Source of the DNA: Octopus bimaculoides
Taxonomy: Eukaryota
Direction of reading: 5' to 3'
Assembly (NCBI RefSeq): GCF_001194135.2
Contig: NC_068985.1
Location: forward strand, 22,625,510-22,689,509
DNA: 64,000 bases
This document shows positions 37,802-48,929 of this stretch, piece after piece (position 1 is the first letter of the stretch; every line of letters begins with the position of its first letter). The notes under the pieces were generated by a model. The model was not told the DNA's origin, did no database searches, and was given only the letters and a program-made list of their open reading frames with translations. Position numbers and translations under genes: made by a program.

Positions 37802-40800
37802 TCACTAGAAAGAAAAAAGAAAAAGAAAAATTAGAAAATCATTTAAGCACGAACTACAGTTTAAATTCACAATGAATTTCAAAATGAAGTGTATATGTAC
37901 ACACACATCAGCAAACGATGTTAGTAAAAAGAACCCAGTGGTAATACAAAGTTATCAAAAAAAAAAAAAAAAAAAAAAAAGTCAACACTTCAAACAGGAA
38001 ATGGTTTGCATGCTATAGTAATCATATAACAATTTAAGTCTTTTAAATCTATTTTACTGATATAACTAATATTGTAATTCTAAAAACAAATTAACAACAG
38101 GAACTTTAACAGAACACTCAATTTCACATCAATTTACCTAACTGTTAAACACAAAATCTCAATGTTACATAAAGTGGGATGATTTAAGCCGACGGCATTC
38201 TCACACCCACTCGAAGTCGAGGTTCATACTTGTTGCAGTATGGATACCAGCAACCCTCCTTTTAATGAACTCATTATAAACTGACTTTTATAGTTATAAA
38301 ATCTCTAAACTACTTTCAATATGTGCAGTAGCACTTTTACCACAAAACCAACGTTACTGAGTATATTTTATGGCAAAAAAATATACTCAGGAGATTAGTT
38401 TTAATTCAAAACAAAAACAAGGTGTATGAGAGCAGGTGATCAGAAAGCAGACTATTTGTGATTTTCAATGCCTACAATAACCGTCACGCACTCTCTGAAT
38501 TAAATGTTAAGTTACATACAGAATATGGCAAATTGACAAACAGTGACTAACACTAATTTCACCTTTCATTTCAGAGTACAAATTATGATGTGTGTATTAA
38601 TAAGTTTTTTAAAACTTTGCTCTGAAGATAATTTTGGGTTAACTACTTTAGTAAAGTTAAACCCCCAAATTTTCAAAGCAAGAGGAACTATATTTACAAA
38701 CAACATAATGGTACATGGCAAAAAGTGTACTGTCAGTCATATTTTGTATGTAACATGCAAAAAAAGGGAACACACAACAATACAAACCTTTTCATGTCTG
38801 TACAAAAATAATCTATACAAATTTCTGAAAAGACTTGAAAATTGGCCTATATAATCCAAAATGAATGAAACGGCATTAATATTTTATGGTGAATTACAAC
38901 GACCAAAGTGCTGGAGTAGTAATTATGAATACATACAACTGCCATTGTACTGTTCCTTTAGGCAATGTATGTTTATGTCTCAACACATGCAGCTGTGTAA
39001 ATTAACCAACCCATACTTTTAGGTTGAGGGGTTAAAGGTAAGAAAATTGCTAACAGAACTGCAAAAAAATATGCTCCAGCATTATGCCTGAAATTCCCAG
39101 ACCATCATGCCTAAGTTAGCATGGATAAACGGAAGTACAACAGTTAAAAATTTAAACGAATATTTACAGACATGAAAAAGTTAATGCGTAAAATAAACTA
39201 TTCTAAAAAGGTAGACTGGTGCTAGGAGGTAATTAAGAATAATTTAGATGAACAAGGAAAACATCAGTTCAAAAGTGGAGCACAACATTCAGGAAACACT
39301 GGTGGCATCAACATTAAAACGAAGATATATCAACCATCTTACCAGATATAGAAATAGTAGAATCTTATTTTTTCTAAAAATGAAACAAAATATTTCATGA
39401 TGTAAAACATACCAAAATACAGGAAATACAGCATTATCTACATCACTACTTTAAATGGGAAAGCAGAGTATTGATAAATAGAAAATTACAGAATGAACAA
39501 CAACAGCCGTCTTGGAAGAAGCACCGCTCACAAAGAATACTGAAAGCAGACTTTGCCGCATTTACAGCAAAAACACAAAAAACCTTACCTTTTTGCCAGC
39601 ACCAATTTTGGTTTTAGCCACACCCCGTACTTTCTTTTGCCTATTCTTTCTTTCTTTTCTCTGTTTGCGGCTTATCTTTCCTTTCTCATAGAGACCATGC
39701 TAAAAGAAAAACAAAAATCATTCTCATGTTTTCGTTTTCTTCTACATCTTAAATCTATTTTATCAATTTTTACATTATCCAATTCAATATTAAACAACAT
39801 TTATTTTTTTTTCAATTTACAAAGCTTTAGCTAAATGTTGATTCAAAATACACATTTAAAATTCAGGGAAAGAAAAATACATACCCTTGCTAATCTGTGT
39901 TTAGGCTCAAATTTCTTTGCAAAATCTAATGTGTCATATATCATAGCAAACCCCGTACTTCTTCCACCGCCAAATTGTGTCCGGAAACCAAAGCAGAAAA
40001 TCAGATCTGGTGTAGTTTTGTATTTAGATGCTAATTTTTCACGGATCTCTGTCTTAGGTACAGTAGCCCGTCCAGGATGTATGACATCTACCACCTATTT
40101 GAAGAAAAATAAAAAATGTAATTCTTTATCATTTCAAGAGAGCATCAACAGACTAGCACAGCATGACACACCTAATTTTCAGACAACAATGCCTGGAAAT
40201 TTGAGATAGAAAATACCAGGGAGATGTTTTCACAGGAAGTGTGCAAGAGTTGGAAGGAAATGATGTGACCATTCCTTGCTGGATAAGTAATGTGTAAAAA
40301 ATGAACTGAGGGAAAAATTAGATATGAAGAATCAGAAGTAGTGTAAGAGAAGACTATGCCTGCACAGTATGGAGGATGCCAGTCATGTAAAAAGGTGTAG
40401 AACACCTTAAAGATTACACAGAACTGAAATTTGTGAGGAAGTGATGTGCTGGAAAAGATTCGCCCAACATATCTGTGCAGGAACGGCAAAAATTGATGAC
40501 AATGAGCTATGGGATGCAGAATATCCACATTTGTATCTTTCCTTAATATTCAGTCTTAGTCTTCTTAATATTCTACTGACTTTGTAGCTACCTCACAACT
40601 ATCACCATATTTATTCCCATCAAACCATCCATGTAAAGAAGGAAAGTATAATTTTGATCTGCCTATATCAAATCCCAATTCTTTATTGTTAGCCACTACT
40701 CACTGCTTCCCCTACTACATGCCACTATCCAATCTCCTTAAAATATTTACCGAACATTGTTCCATCATTATATTCTCTTCCACTGCTCGCCTCTATTTGC

Positions 40801-43800
40801 CAGGGATCAGCATGGCAACACAGATGTAAAATGATGAAATATATTGAACTGGCTAATCCAAAACCAACTCATAAGAAATAACCATATCACAACATTTGTG
40901 AACTGAGTAGATGAAGCAGTTTTATGTCACTATTCTCTACATCAATGCCATAAGATTAAGAAATATTATGAAGTGAAACTAGTTACACAGTTCCATGCAT
41001 AAGAGCCTCCTACTATAGGTTCAATCCAACCAAAGCCTTGTAAGTGAAACTTAAGAGACAGGAACTATGTTGAAGCTCATTGTGAAGACTGTTCCTCATT
41101 CTGAGAGTGCATGGATGCCATAAACAGAAGCCAGTCTGATGCAAGCATCCTAGCTGGTTTCCCTGGTCTGAGAACAATACCCAGTCAACAGAATGGTGAA
41201 ATGAAAAACCAAGTGCTGTTTACAGAACCATCATGATTGAAAAGTAGAAGACATCCTTCTGGCAAGGTACCAAAAGGATCAGTTGCAATTTTGTGAGGCA
41301 AAAGAGGCACAGAGCTAGTTTTTGGGATGATGGTCCCACATGGTTGTAATGTTGGGTAGCAACCACCCATCCAGCTTATGGGGATGTATGATTTGCTTAA
41401 AGCATTGCTCTCTGCCAGAGTGAAGCACATAAAGAACTGTTAATATTGACGAAACAGAGCACATATCTATCAGCCCAGTTACAAAAAACAAAAATCAAGT
41501 AAAAAAACAATGTTATTTGTCACGACATTCTCGGAACCACTGAAGAATAAAATCAAAAGCAGCTCGATTTATATGAAGTAATTAATGTAGCTATTATGAA
41601 CAAGATCCACATAATATCTTAAAAAAGACCATGTGGGGTGAAATAGCATTTGACAGAGCCGTAAGAATAACTCAAACAATTTTGCTGTCAATATAATTGA
41701 AAACAGTTGGAAGACTTTCATCACCCACTTGTATATAATCCATAAGCATGTTTTTCCTACAAGTATAGCTTCTGAGTACCTTCATCCAATTAGAGACACA
41801 TGAAAGAGAGTAAAATCAGCTCAGCAGGAATTAAGTTTATTAGAGAAATGATGTTTGCAGCCATATGTTAGTGCTGTAAATGGCACACTGGATATAAGGG
41901 CAAAAGCAACATAACTCATTTTCCCAGAAAGCCCAGCAAAGTATCATTTGAAGAAAAACAATTTACTAAATACAGAAATAAAAACAAGAAAAAAATTTTC
42001 AATAACACAATCAGGAACAATGACAAAACACCCCATATCTGTATGCAGATATGCTTGTACAACATTGTGTGAACAAAGCAACTGTAATTTATGTAATTGT
42101 TTTAAAAACCCAACACCAACCGAGTCTGATTAAAGAAAACAAAGTCATGTAACAACAGTTGCGAAACCACAAGGACAAACATACCAAATGGTTCGATTAG
42201 ATGAAGTAATTTTATGTAGCTATTGTATATATATATCAATGCCACAATATGAAATAAAACATACCGTGGAGTAAAAATAGCAATTTATAATGTAGGGATT
42301 TAGGAGATTTCATGAGCAACCAGACATGTGTACCATCACTTTACAAAGACATGCTAGTTTTAAGGTATACATTTATGTTAGTATTGTAAAAGGCACACTG
42401 GATATAATTCACAAGCAACATAACTCATTTTCCCCAGAGAGAGAAAAAATAAACACAATCAGGAACAATGACAAAGCAACAGTAATTTATTGTAGTTGTT
42501 TAAAAAACCCAACACCAACCCAATCTGATTAAAGAAAAAGTAAAATCATGTAACAACAGTTGCGAAACCACTAGGATAAACATTCCAAGAGGTTCGATTA
42601 GATGAAGTAATTTTATGTTGCTATTGTATACNNNNNNNNNNNNNNNNNNNNNNNNNNNNNNNNNNNNNNNNNNNNNNNNNNNNNNNNNNNNNNNNNNNNN
42701 NNNNNNNNNNNNNNNNNNNNNNNNNNNNNNNNNNNNNNNNNNNNNNNNNNNNNNNNNNNNNNNNNNNNNNNNNNNNNNNNNNNNNNNNNNNNNNNNNNNN
42801 NNNNNNNNNNNNNNNNNNNNNNNNNNNNNNNNNNNNNNNNNNNNNNNNNNNNNNNNNNNNNNNNNNNNNNNNNNNNNNNNNNNNNNNNNNNNNNNNNNNN
42901 NNNNNNNNNNNNNNNNNNNNNNNNNNNNNNNNNNNNNNNNNNNNNNNNNNNNNNNNNNNNNNNNNNNNNNNNNNNNNNNNNNNNNNNNNNNNNNNNNNNN
43001 NNNNNNNNNNNNNNNNNNNNNNNNNNNNNNNNNNNNNNNNNNNNNNNNNNNNNNNNNNNNNNNNNNNNNNNNNNNNNNNNNNNNNNNNNNNNNNNNNNNN
43101 NNNNNNNNNNNNNNNNNNNNNNNNNNNNNNNNNNNNNNNNNNNNNNNNNNNNNNNNNNNNNNNNNNNNNNNNNNNNNNNNNNNNNNNNNNNNNNNNNNNN
43201 NNNNNNNNNNNNNNNNNNNNNNNNNNNNNNNNNNNNNNNNNNNNNNNNNNNNNNNNNNNNNNNNNNNNNNNNNNNNNNNNNNNAATAAAACATACCGTGG
43301 AGTAAAAATAGCAATTTATAATGTAGGGATTTAGGAGATTTCATGAGCAACCAGACATGTGTACCATCACTTTACAAAGACATGCTAGTTTTAAGGTATA
43401 CATTTATGTTAGTATTGTAAAAGGCACACTGGATATAATTCACAAGCAACATAACTCATTTTCCCCAGAGAGAGAAAAAATAAACACAATCAGGAACAAT
43501 GACAAAGCAACAGTAATTTATTGTAGTTGTTTAAAAAACCCAACACCAACCCAATCTGATTAAAGAAAAAGTAAAATCATGTAACAACAGTTGCGAAACC
43601 ACTAGGATAAACATTCCAAGAGGTTCGATTAGATGAAGTAATTTTATGTTGCTATTGTATACACCGATGCCACACTCAGCCATAAGATTAAGACATAGAG
43701 TGGAATGAAAATAGCAGTTTATAATATATATATACACACACAAAATTTCATGAAAAAGTAGACGAGTACTGTCACTCTACAAAGACGTGCTAGTTTTAAG

Positions 43801-46800
43801 GTATACATTCATATAGTTTTATCTAAGTTTAGGAAAATCAGTTAAAGAAGAAGCCACCAACCTAAGTTGCTACTTTTTGGTTATCTCATCCCCATTAAAA
43901 AACTGGGTTATCTCCCCACTAATAAAAACCTAGTTAATGTGGCGACAATAGATTGGATTAAGAGAGATCCTTTGGCCTCCTCAATAGGCATAGTATGATT
44001 AATTATCAGATTCAGTAAAATGTTAAATTTTTCTTTGTTTTATTGAGGGTTAAACAACTTTTTTAGTTGAAGGAGATAACCAAAGTACCGATATTTCTCG
44101 TAAAACGGAGGGAAATAACCCAATTTTTTAATGGGGGTGAGATAACCAAAAAGTACCCCCAAAGTTATAGATACTTAAGAAATGTATGTGTCCATACTAG
44201 AGACCGGCACTGTCATGGTATTAGCTGTCAGAAGTGAATGTAGAAAAATCTGACAAGGAACGTTACTGCTGGTTTGAGTTGATTCTTTGGCTACTGACAG
44301 CTAATACCATGACTGGCCGGAGCGAGCTATCTGTCTGTCTGTCTCTCTCTCTATCTATCACTCGAAAGTTATTGGAACAAATTTGACACCTATATCCATG
44401 CGTTTGAAAACACACAGAGTATAAGGGTACTACTAAAGCAGAGTGGTCCCGAACGCGCAGTCGCGCGTCCGCGCTAGCTAGTCGTGAGTGGTCGATCCTA
44501 TTATTTTTTAACTTCAAACTTCATTTGTTTTCTATTTAGATAAATTCTCTCTGTTGAAAATTATATTTTTATATTTTAAATAATTTGCAATTTCAGAAAA
44601 TATATTTTTATATTAAATTTGCGTTTTCTAATTTGATAAATTCTACGGACACAAACAGGTGAACGAGTGATAGATAGATAGATAGATATAGAGAGAGAGA
44701 TAGTGAGATAGACAGACAGACAGACAGATAGATAGCTCTGGCTAGTCAGTAGCCAAAGAATCAACTCAAACCAGCAGTAACGTTCCTTGTCAGTTCTACT
44801 TTCAATTCTGACAGCTAATACCATGACAGTGCCTAGAGACCACCTGGTATGTGATGGTCTCGAGTGTGGACGCTTGAATTTTGACTTGTAGATGTTTGCA
44901 GCAGACTGCTCCAGCTTTACAAAATAGACATTTAACAAAATAACTCAACAGAGAACATGCTCCTTCATTTTTCTTAAAGACCAGCTGGTTTTAAAAAGAT
45001 ATACCAAGGAATAAAATTGCCTATTATTACACTACCACTTGGCACATGGGTGTCTTACCCTTTTGTTGCCATATTTTTGATAAAATAAGCTGCTTTTGTT
45101 TAGTTAATTTTAAGATAATGAAGAATTTTATTAAAACAAATTTATGTCATAGAACTGGAGGCGGTCCCAAAAGGATTAGAGTCCAGTGTGCTGCATGTCT
45201 ATGAGGTAACACACCCGGGGAACTCAGTATTATCACAAGAAAATATAAGTAAAAGTCATGTAACAACAGTTGCGAAACCACTAGGATAAACATTCCAAGA
45301 GGTTCGATTAGATGAAGTAATTTTATGTAGCTATTGTATCACCAATGCCACAATATGCCATAAGATTAAGACACACTGTGGAGTAAAAATAGCAGTTTAC
45401 AGAGTCAAGAAAGGATCCACATTTAACAAAACAACTAGACAGACAACATGCACCTTCATTTTTCTCAACAAGACCAGCTGGTTTTAAAAAGGTAAACCAA
45501 GGAATAGAATTTTCCCAATATATGACTACTGAAATGATCATACACAAATTTATAACGATGCTTGCTTACTTAAATATTACACATACAGAATAGTGATCAT
45601 GATGGTGTGGAGGGTATTTGTTTGAAATTTAGCTTCTTTTCAGCTGGACAATTAAGTTGGCAGCAAAAAGGCCATTTCCATGCGAGTAACTGCATACAGA
45701 AACGTCGATCACAAGAAGAGGACTCTCCAAGCTTGTAGGAATTCCTCTGGCAAAGGGATCGATGAAAAGGATTGTCAAATATATTGCTTATTCATTCACA
45801 TTATTTTGACTTAATCATTCACTACCTCATATCTTCAATGATGTAATTGTATTCTTTGAGAATGACATTGTAAGGTAGGAGTGTGAGGCTGGTTATGGCC
45901 AGTTTCAATGCTAAAGTGTGAGCAGCAAGAGAACTATCAGGCCATGTAATGCATGGAAGAATCCTTCATCAGCTGATGGTCTTGTAGGGGTTGCAGTGCT
46001 GGGTCTGATTTACGGAGGTGGGAGATTTTGTTCAAAGCATTATTCTTTGCCCAAGTGTACTAATTTGGGAATGTAGTGGTTATGTATAGGGGGTGGGAGT
46101 ACTTGGCTAAAAGGATGCGTTTACTATTGCACTCCTGTATGATAGCCCAGAGATGAAGAACATGCACTACCAGAAAAAAATTAGCACAGAACTAGCGGAG
46201 CCCCATCCAGTCAGGTAATATTGCATAGTATGCATATGGCAAAAAGATGAAATACCTATTTCAAGAGATGGACTTCTCCCAAGTTGATTTTCCTCATTGA
46301 CTTACAAAAGTACACTAAGATAGGTATCTTGTAATAATCAACAAAGGAAGGAGATTAAAGATGAAAAGTGAATAAATAAAAACATTGTCACAACACTCTC
46401 GGAACCACTAAAGAATTTGTCGATAGCAGCTCGATTTTATGAAGTAATTAATGTAGCTATTATAAACAAGGTCCACATAATATCCTAAAAAAAAGGACTA
46501 TGTGGGGCGAAATAGCATTTATACTATTATATTCCTTATCATCATTTAATGCCTACTATTTCATACTTGCACAGGTAGATTGTCTATGGTCAGATGCTTT
46601 TCCTATCACCAACCCTCACCTGTTTCCAAGCAAAGTAATATTTCTTCATGGTTGGCATATTTTCAAAAGAATGAAAACAAAGGCTACAGCGTGTGTGATG
46701 GCAAGTCTCATCTACAACTCTCATAACACGACAACTTCTTTCAAATGTTACTTACCAAATCTACAGCAGAAGACATTAACCAGAAGTGCCACACAGTTGG

Positions 46801-48732
46801 TCTGCGCCCAAAACTAAACCTAATTGGAAATAGCTGAAGAGAAATGTGAAGTTCTAGTGGAAAACTCCCCACTCACTTGTATACAATACATACGTTTATG
46901 ATTTTGTGGTTTTTTAATGCCAACTTTTATTACGGAACCTTATAAAAAAAAAAACTTCATACTTATAAGTGAATATATCTGCATAAAGTTATATGAACAA
47001 AGCAAGAAGGCGATATTACGCATAACTAGCACAAAAATTATGCACACAAAGCTAAGATAGTACTTCATCAAAGGTAGTGAATTGAGGAAGGAAAAAAAAA
47101 TCCCGGCTTTTTCTACAAGTCGAATATTAAAATTAAGCACAGTTACCCTACAGCTTTTATCATCTATCCTGAATTGCCTTTCAGCTCTTTCTGTTTAATC
47201 AATTTACCTTTAACCTGTATGCAGGTTTTCTCACTATTATAGAGTCCTGTTTCAACGAAGATATTCAACCACTATACACAATTGCATGGACCAGAAAATT
47301 TACACACAAATGCTGAGAGGTGGAAGGCAAAGCTTCTCCCTTTGTAATATAACGCACTAAAAACGAATAAAATAGCAACCAGATTCGAGGCAGTGTGGTT
47401 TCGAAGCCGATCCATACACTACGGGCAAAACTTCAATAGTCATAACTGAACAAATGAAAAGAAACAATTCTCACTAATTACAGCTAAAGCCAGGCATTTC
47501 CGATGCCCTTTCGATGTCTCGGGAAAATATATTAAGTTCTAAGTTAAAAAACCATTGTGTAGAGCTATAGGTTAAGTCCTGACATTAAAGATCACCATAG
47601 CTGCTACATCAGTACTGAAAGTCTATATCAAAGAACCATGTTGAACCCATCTCAGTACCCTTATTAGAACACTGTCCACATTACCTTTCTTGTAAACAAT
47701 GAAATATTTTTCATCGGTCAGTTTCAGAAGTTTAGTTGGTCTGTAATCTTAAATGATATACTCACCATCTGCTTTCTGCATAATAGACGGTTCGTTAAGA
47801 ATTTCCTGGTACGTATTGTAGCTGCGCTTTCAGCCTGAAATAAAATTCACAACAATGAATTCACCAGATGGATGTTTGAAAATAAGTGCTAAGTTCTTTT
47901 CAATCAGCCTGCTTTTGAAATTAATATTCACAAACTAAGAAGTTTTATATCGAACTCGAAGGAATGGACATGACGTTTTCGCTTCAGAAGCATTTGAAAG
48001 TTAATGAATAAAGGCGTAGTGCTTCTATTTAAATACCGTTCATAAACAAGCAAGTTATAAAGTGCAACATGTTGAGAAGTCGGCAGGAACCGAAAACTAT
48101 TTCAAAAGATATTTCACTAAGAATGCCGTGTAATTAAACATTTACTTCAAAGCAAATGTAATGTAGGTGTAAACAATTATACCGAATTAAAACTTGAACT
48201 ACTTCAAGTCATATGATTATAATTTTTTTCCAATTTATATACTGTATAGCAACCCATGTTGTAACATGTATAAAATCATATTAGTGTTAATTTGGTAATA
48301 TTCAAAGTTACATTCCACGTGTTCTTGAAATGAAATTATTTTTACTTCGTTCCTTGATTAAAGAATATTTTACTGATAGTTTTTTAGGAATACTGAATTT
48401 AATACCGCTGTTTTCAATACCAACGATATATGAAATGCACCTCTACTAGCTCAGATATAAAATGAATTACGTCGCATTTGCCAAGAAGTGAGTACAAATT
48501 TGAATCAATATTAAATATATACAACACATGCACATCATTAAAATGGCGACAAGTGCCATCAACATGAGAAATAAAACTAAAAAATATAGCTTATTACCAT
48601 TATTTTAACGGAAAATCTCAATTTTAAATAAGTTAAATTCTTAAGCAATTAAAACTAACATAATTGAGCCTATAAAAATATTTTAAAAAACGACGATTGT
48701 AAACGATTTAAAGAGACAATCTAACTTACCAT
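37802..48732 (-). CDS. RPS24: 40S ribosomal protein S24 (eS24), 131 aa
   Basis: Exons: 48732-48730 (ATG only, donor GTAAGT), 47834-47766, 40094-39885, 39699-39589, then a terminal exon starting at 37804 with TGA (acceptor after a long pyrimidine tract; AATAAA at 37756-37751). Protein [38 protein letters not shown]...[14 protein letters not shown]...[14 protein letters not shown]...[16 protein letters not shown]. Confidence 0.95.
39343..39373 (-). CDS. RPS24: Candidate 31-nt RPS24 cassette exon encoding KK-stop
   Basis: ttttgtttcatttttag|AAA AAA TAA GATTCTACTATTTCTATATCTG|gtaaga; in frame with exon 4. Confidence 0.6.
41515..41649 (-). ncRNA. Candidate H/ACA snoRNA, copy A (subfamily 2)
   Basis: 5' hairpin (GCTATT/AATAGC, CCACAT/ATGTGG), H box ACATTA (41588-41583), 3' hairpin (AGCTGCT/AGTGGTT), ACA (41520-41518). 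Sense to the RPS24 intron. Confidence 0.7.
42145..42283 (-). ncRNA. Candidate H/ACA snoRNA, copy B (subfamily 1)
   Basis: H box ACATAA (42217-42212), ACA (42150-42148); stems CCACGG/TTGTGG and AACCAT/GTGGTT. (TA)n expansion in the 5' pocket. Confidence 0.72.
42546..42631 (-). ncRNA. Candidate H/ACA snoRNA, copy C (subfamily 1), 3' half only; truncated by the N gap
   Basis: H box 42618-42613, ACA 42551-42549. A matching 5' half appears after the gap at 43284-43314. Confidence 0.65.
43577..43717 (-). ncRNA. Candidate H/ACA snoRNA, copy D (subfamily 1)
   Basis: H box 43649-43644, ACA 43582-43580. The 5' upper stem is changed to CACTC/GAGTG (pairing retained). Confidence 0.72.
43870..44155. mobile_element. 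Unclassified MITE with ~45-bp TIRs
   Basis: tactttttggttatctcatcccattaaaaaactgggttatctccc is the inverse of gggaaataacccaattttttaatgggggtgagataaccaaaaagta. Confidence 0.7.
44206..44833. mobile_element. Non-autonomous DNA transposon with ~160-bp TIRs and an 8-bp TSD (Merlin- or Mutator-like)
   Basis: Termini GGCACTGTCATGG...CCATGACAGTGCC; exact TSD TAGAGACC at 44198-44205 and 44834-44841. Confidence 0.88.
45256..45395 (-). ncRNA. Candidate H/ACA snoRNA, copy E (subfamily 1)
   Basis: H box 45328-45323, ACA 45261-45259. Pocket strands TCTAATC (45312-45306) and TTCGC (45276-45272); the pocket apex is 15 nt from ACA. Confidence 0.75.
46383..46518 (-). ncRNA. Candidate H/ACA snoRNA, copy F (subfamily 2)
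   Basis: H box ACATTA (46454-46449), ACA (46388-46386); stems CCACATA/TATGTGG, TCCT/AGGA and AGCTGCTA/TAGTGGTT. Confidence 0.72.
48540..48548 (+). promoter_or_regulatory. YY1-type site AAAATGGCG in RPS24 intron 1
   Basis: Exact motif ~215 nt downstream of the predicted TSS, a known position for YY1 sites in ribosomal protein genes. Confidence 0.5.
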
Positions 48733-48757
48733 GGTGAATGGATCAGTACAGATACCG

Positions 48758-48764
48758 GAAGAGG
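48758..48764 (-). promoter_or_regulatory. TCT initiator / 5'TOP start of RPS24
   Basis: CCTCTTC fits YC+1TYTYY; the transcript would begin CTCTTCCGG, 31 nt before the ATG. Confidence 0.75.
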
Positions 48765-48921
48765 ACGTGCAGGTCGAAAACCCGCAGTAAATTCAAGATT
48801 ATATTATCAAGATTTTTATTTTTATAAAAGATAAATTTAGTAAATTATTATTTTTTTATAGTATAAAAAATTAATGCTCTTTTATAATTATACTTCAAAA
48901 GTATTACTAATAATTTTGTAT

Positions 48922-48929
48922 TATCGATA
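48922..48929. promoter_or_regulatory. DRE-type palindrome TATCGATA between RPS24 and PARG
   Basis: Perfect DREF-type element ~160 nt upstream of the RPS24 TSS. Confidence 0.5.

Noticed and set aside
38058-38079. 22-nt AG...GT segment the same size as the vertebrate RPS24 22-nt microexon
   Set aside because: Weak donor (TCA|GTAAAA), short pyrimidine tract and no sequence resemblance.
41718-41724. C box GTGATGA on the - strand
   Set aside because: No CTGA D box at a suitable distance.
42613-43350. Long ORFs in the track spanning the N gap
   Set aside because: Artefacts of X runs; not coding.
41948-43743. Tandem ~400-bp units as a CRISPR array or repeated small ORFs (MCTITLQRH...)
   Set aside because: Eukaryotic intron, no repeat-spacer structure; the ORFs repeat only because the DNA is duplicated.
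46460-46512. Subfamily-2 5' pocket pairing with the 18S 3' end (AACAAGGU...GGUGAA)
   Set aside because: Seven unpaired nucleotides lie between the two duplexes instead of two; probably chance.
47360-47445. Hairpin in RPS24 intron 2 as another snoRNA
   Set aside because: No H or ACA box after the stem on the sense strand.
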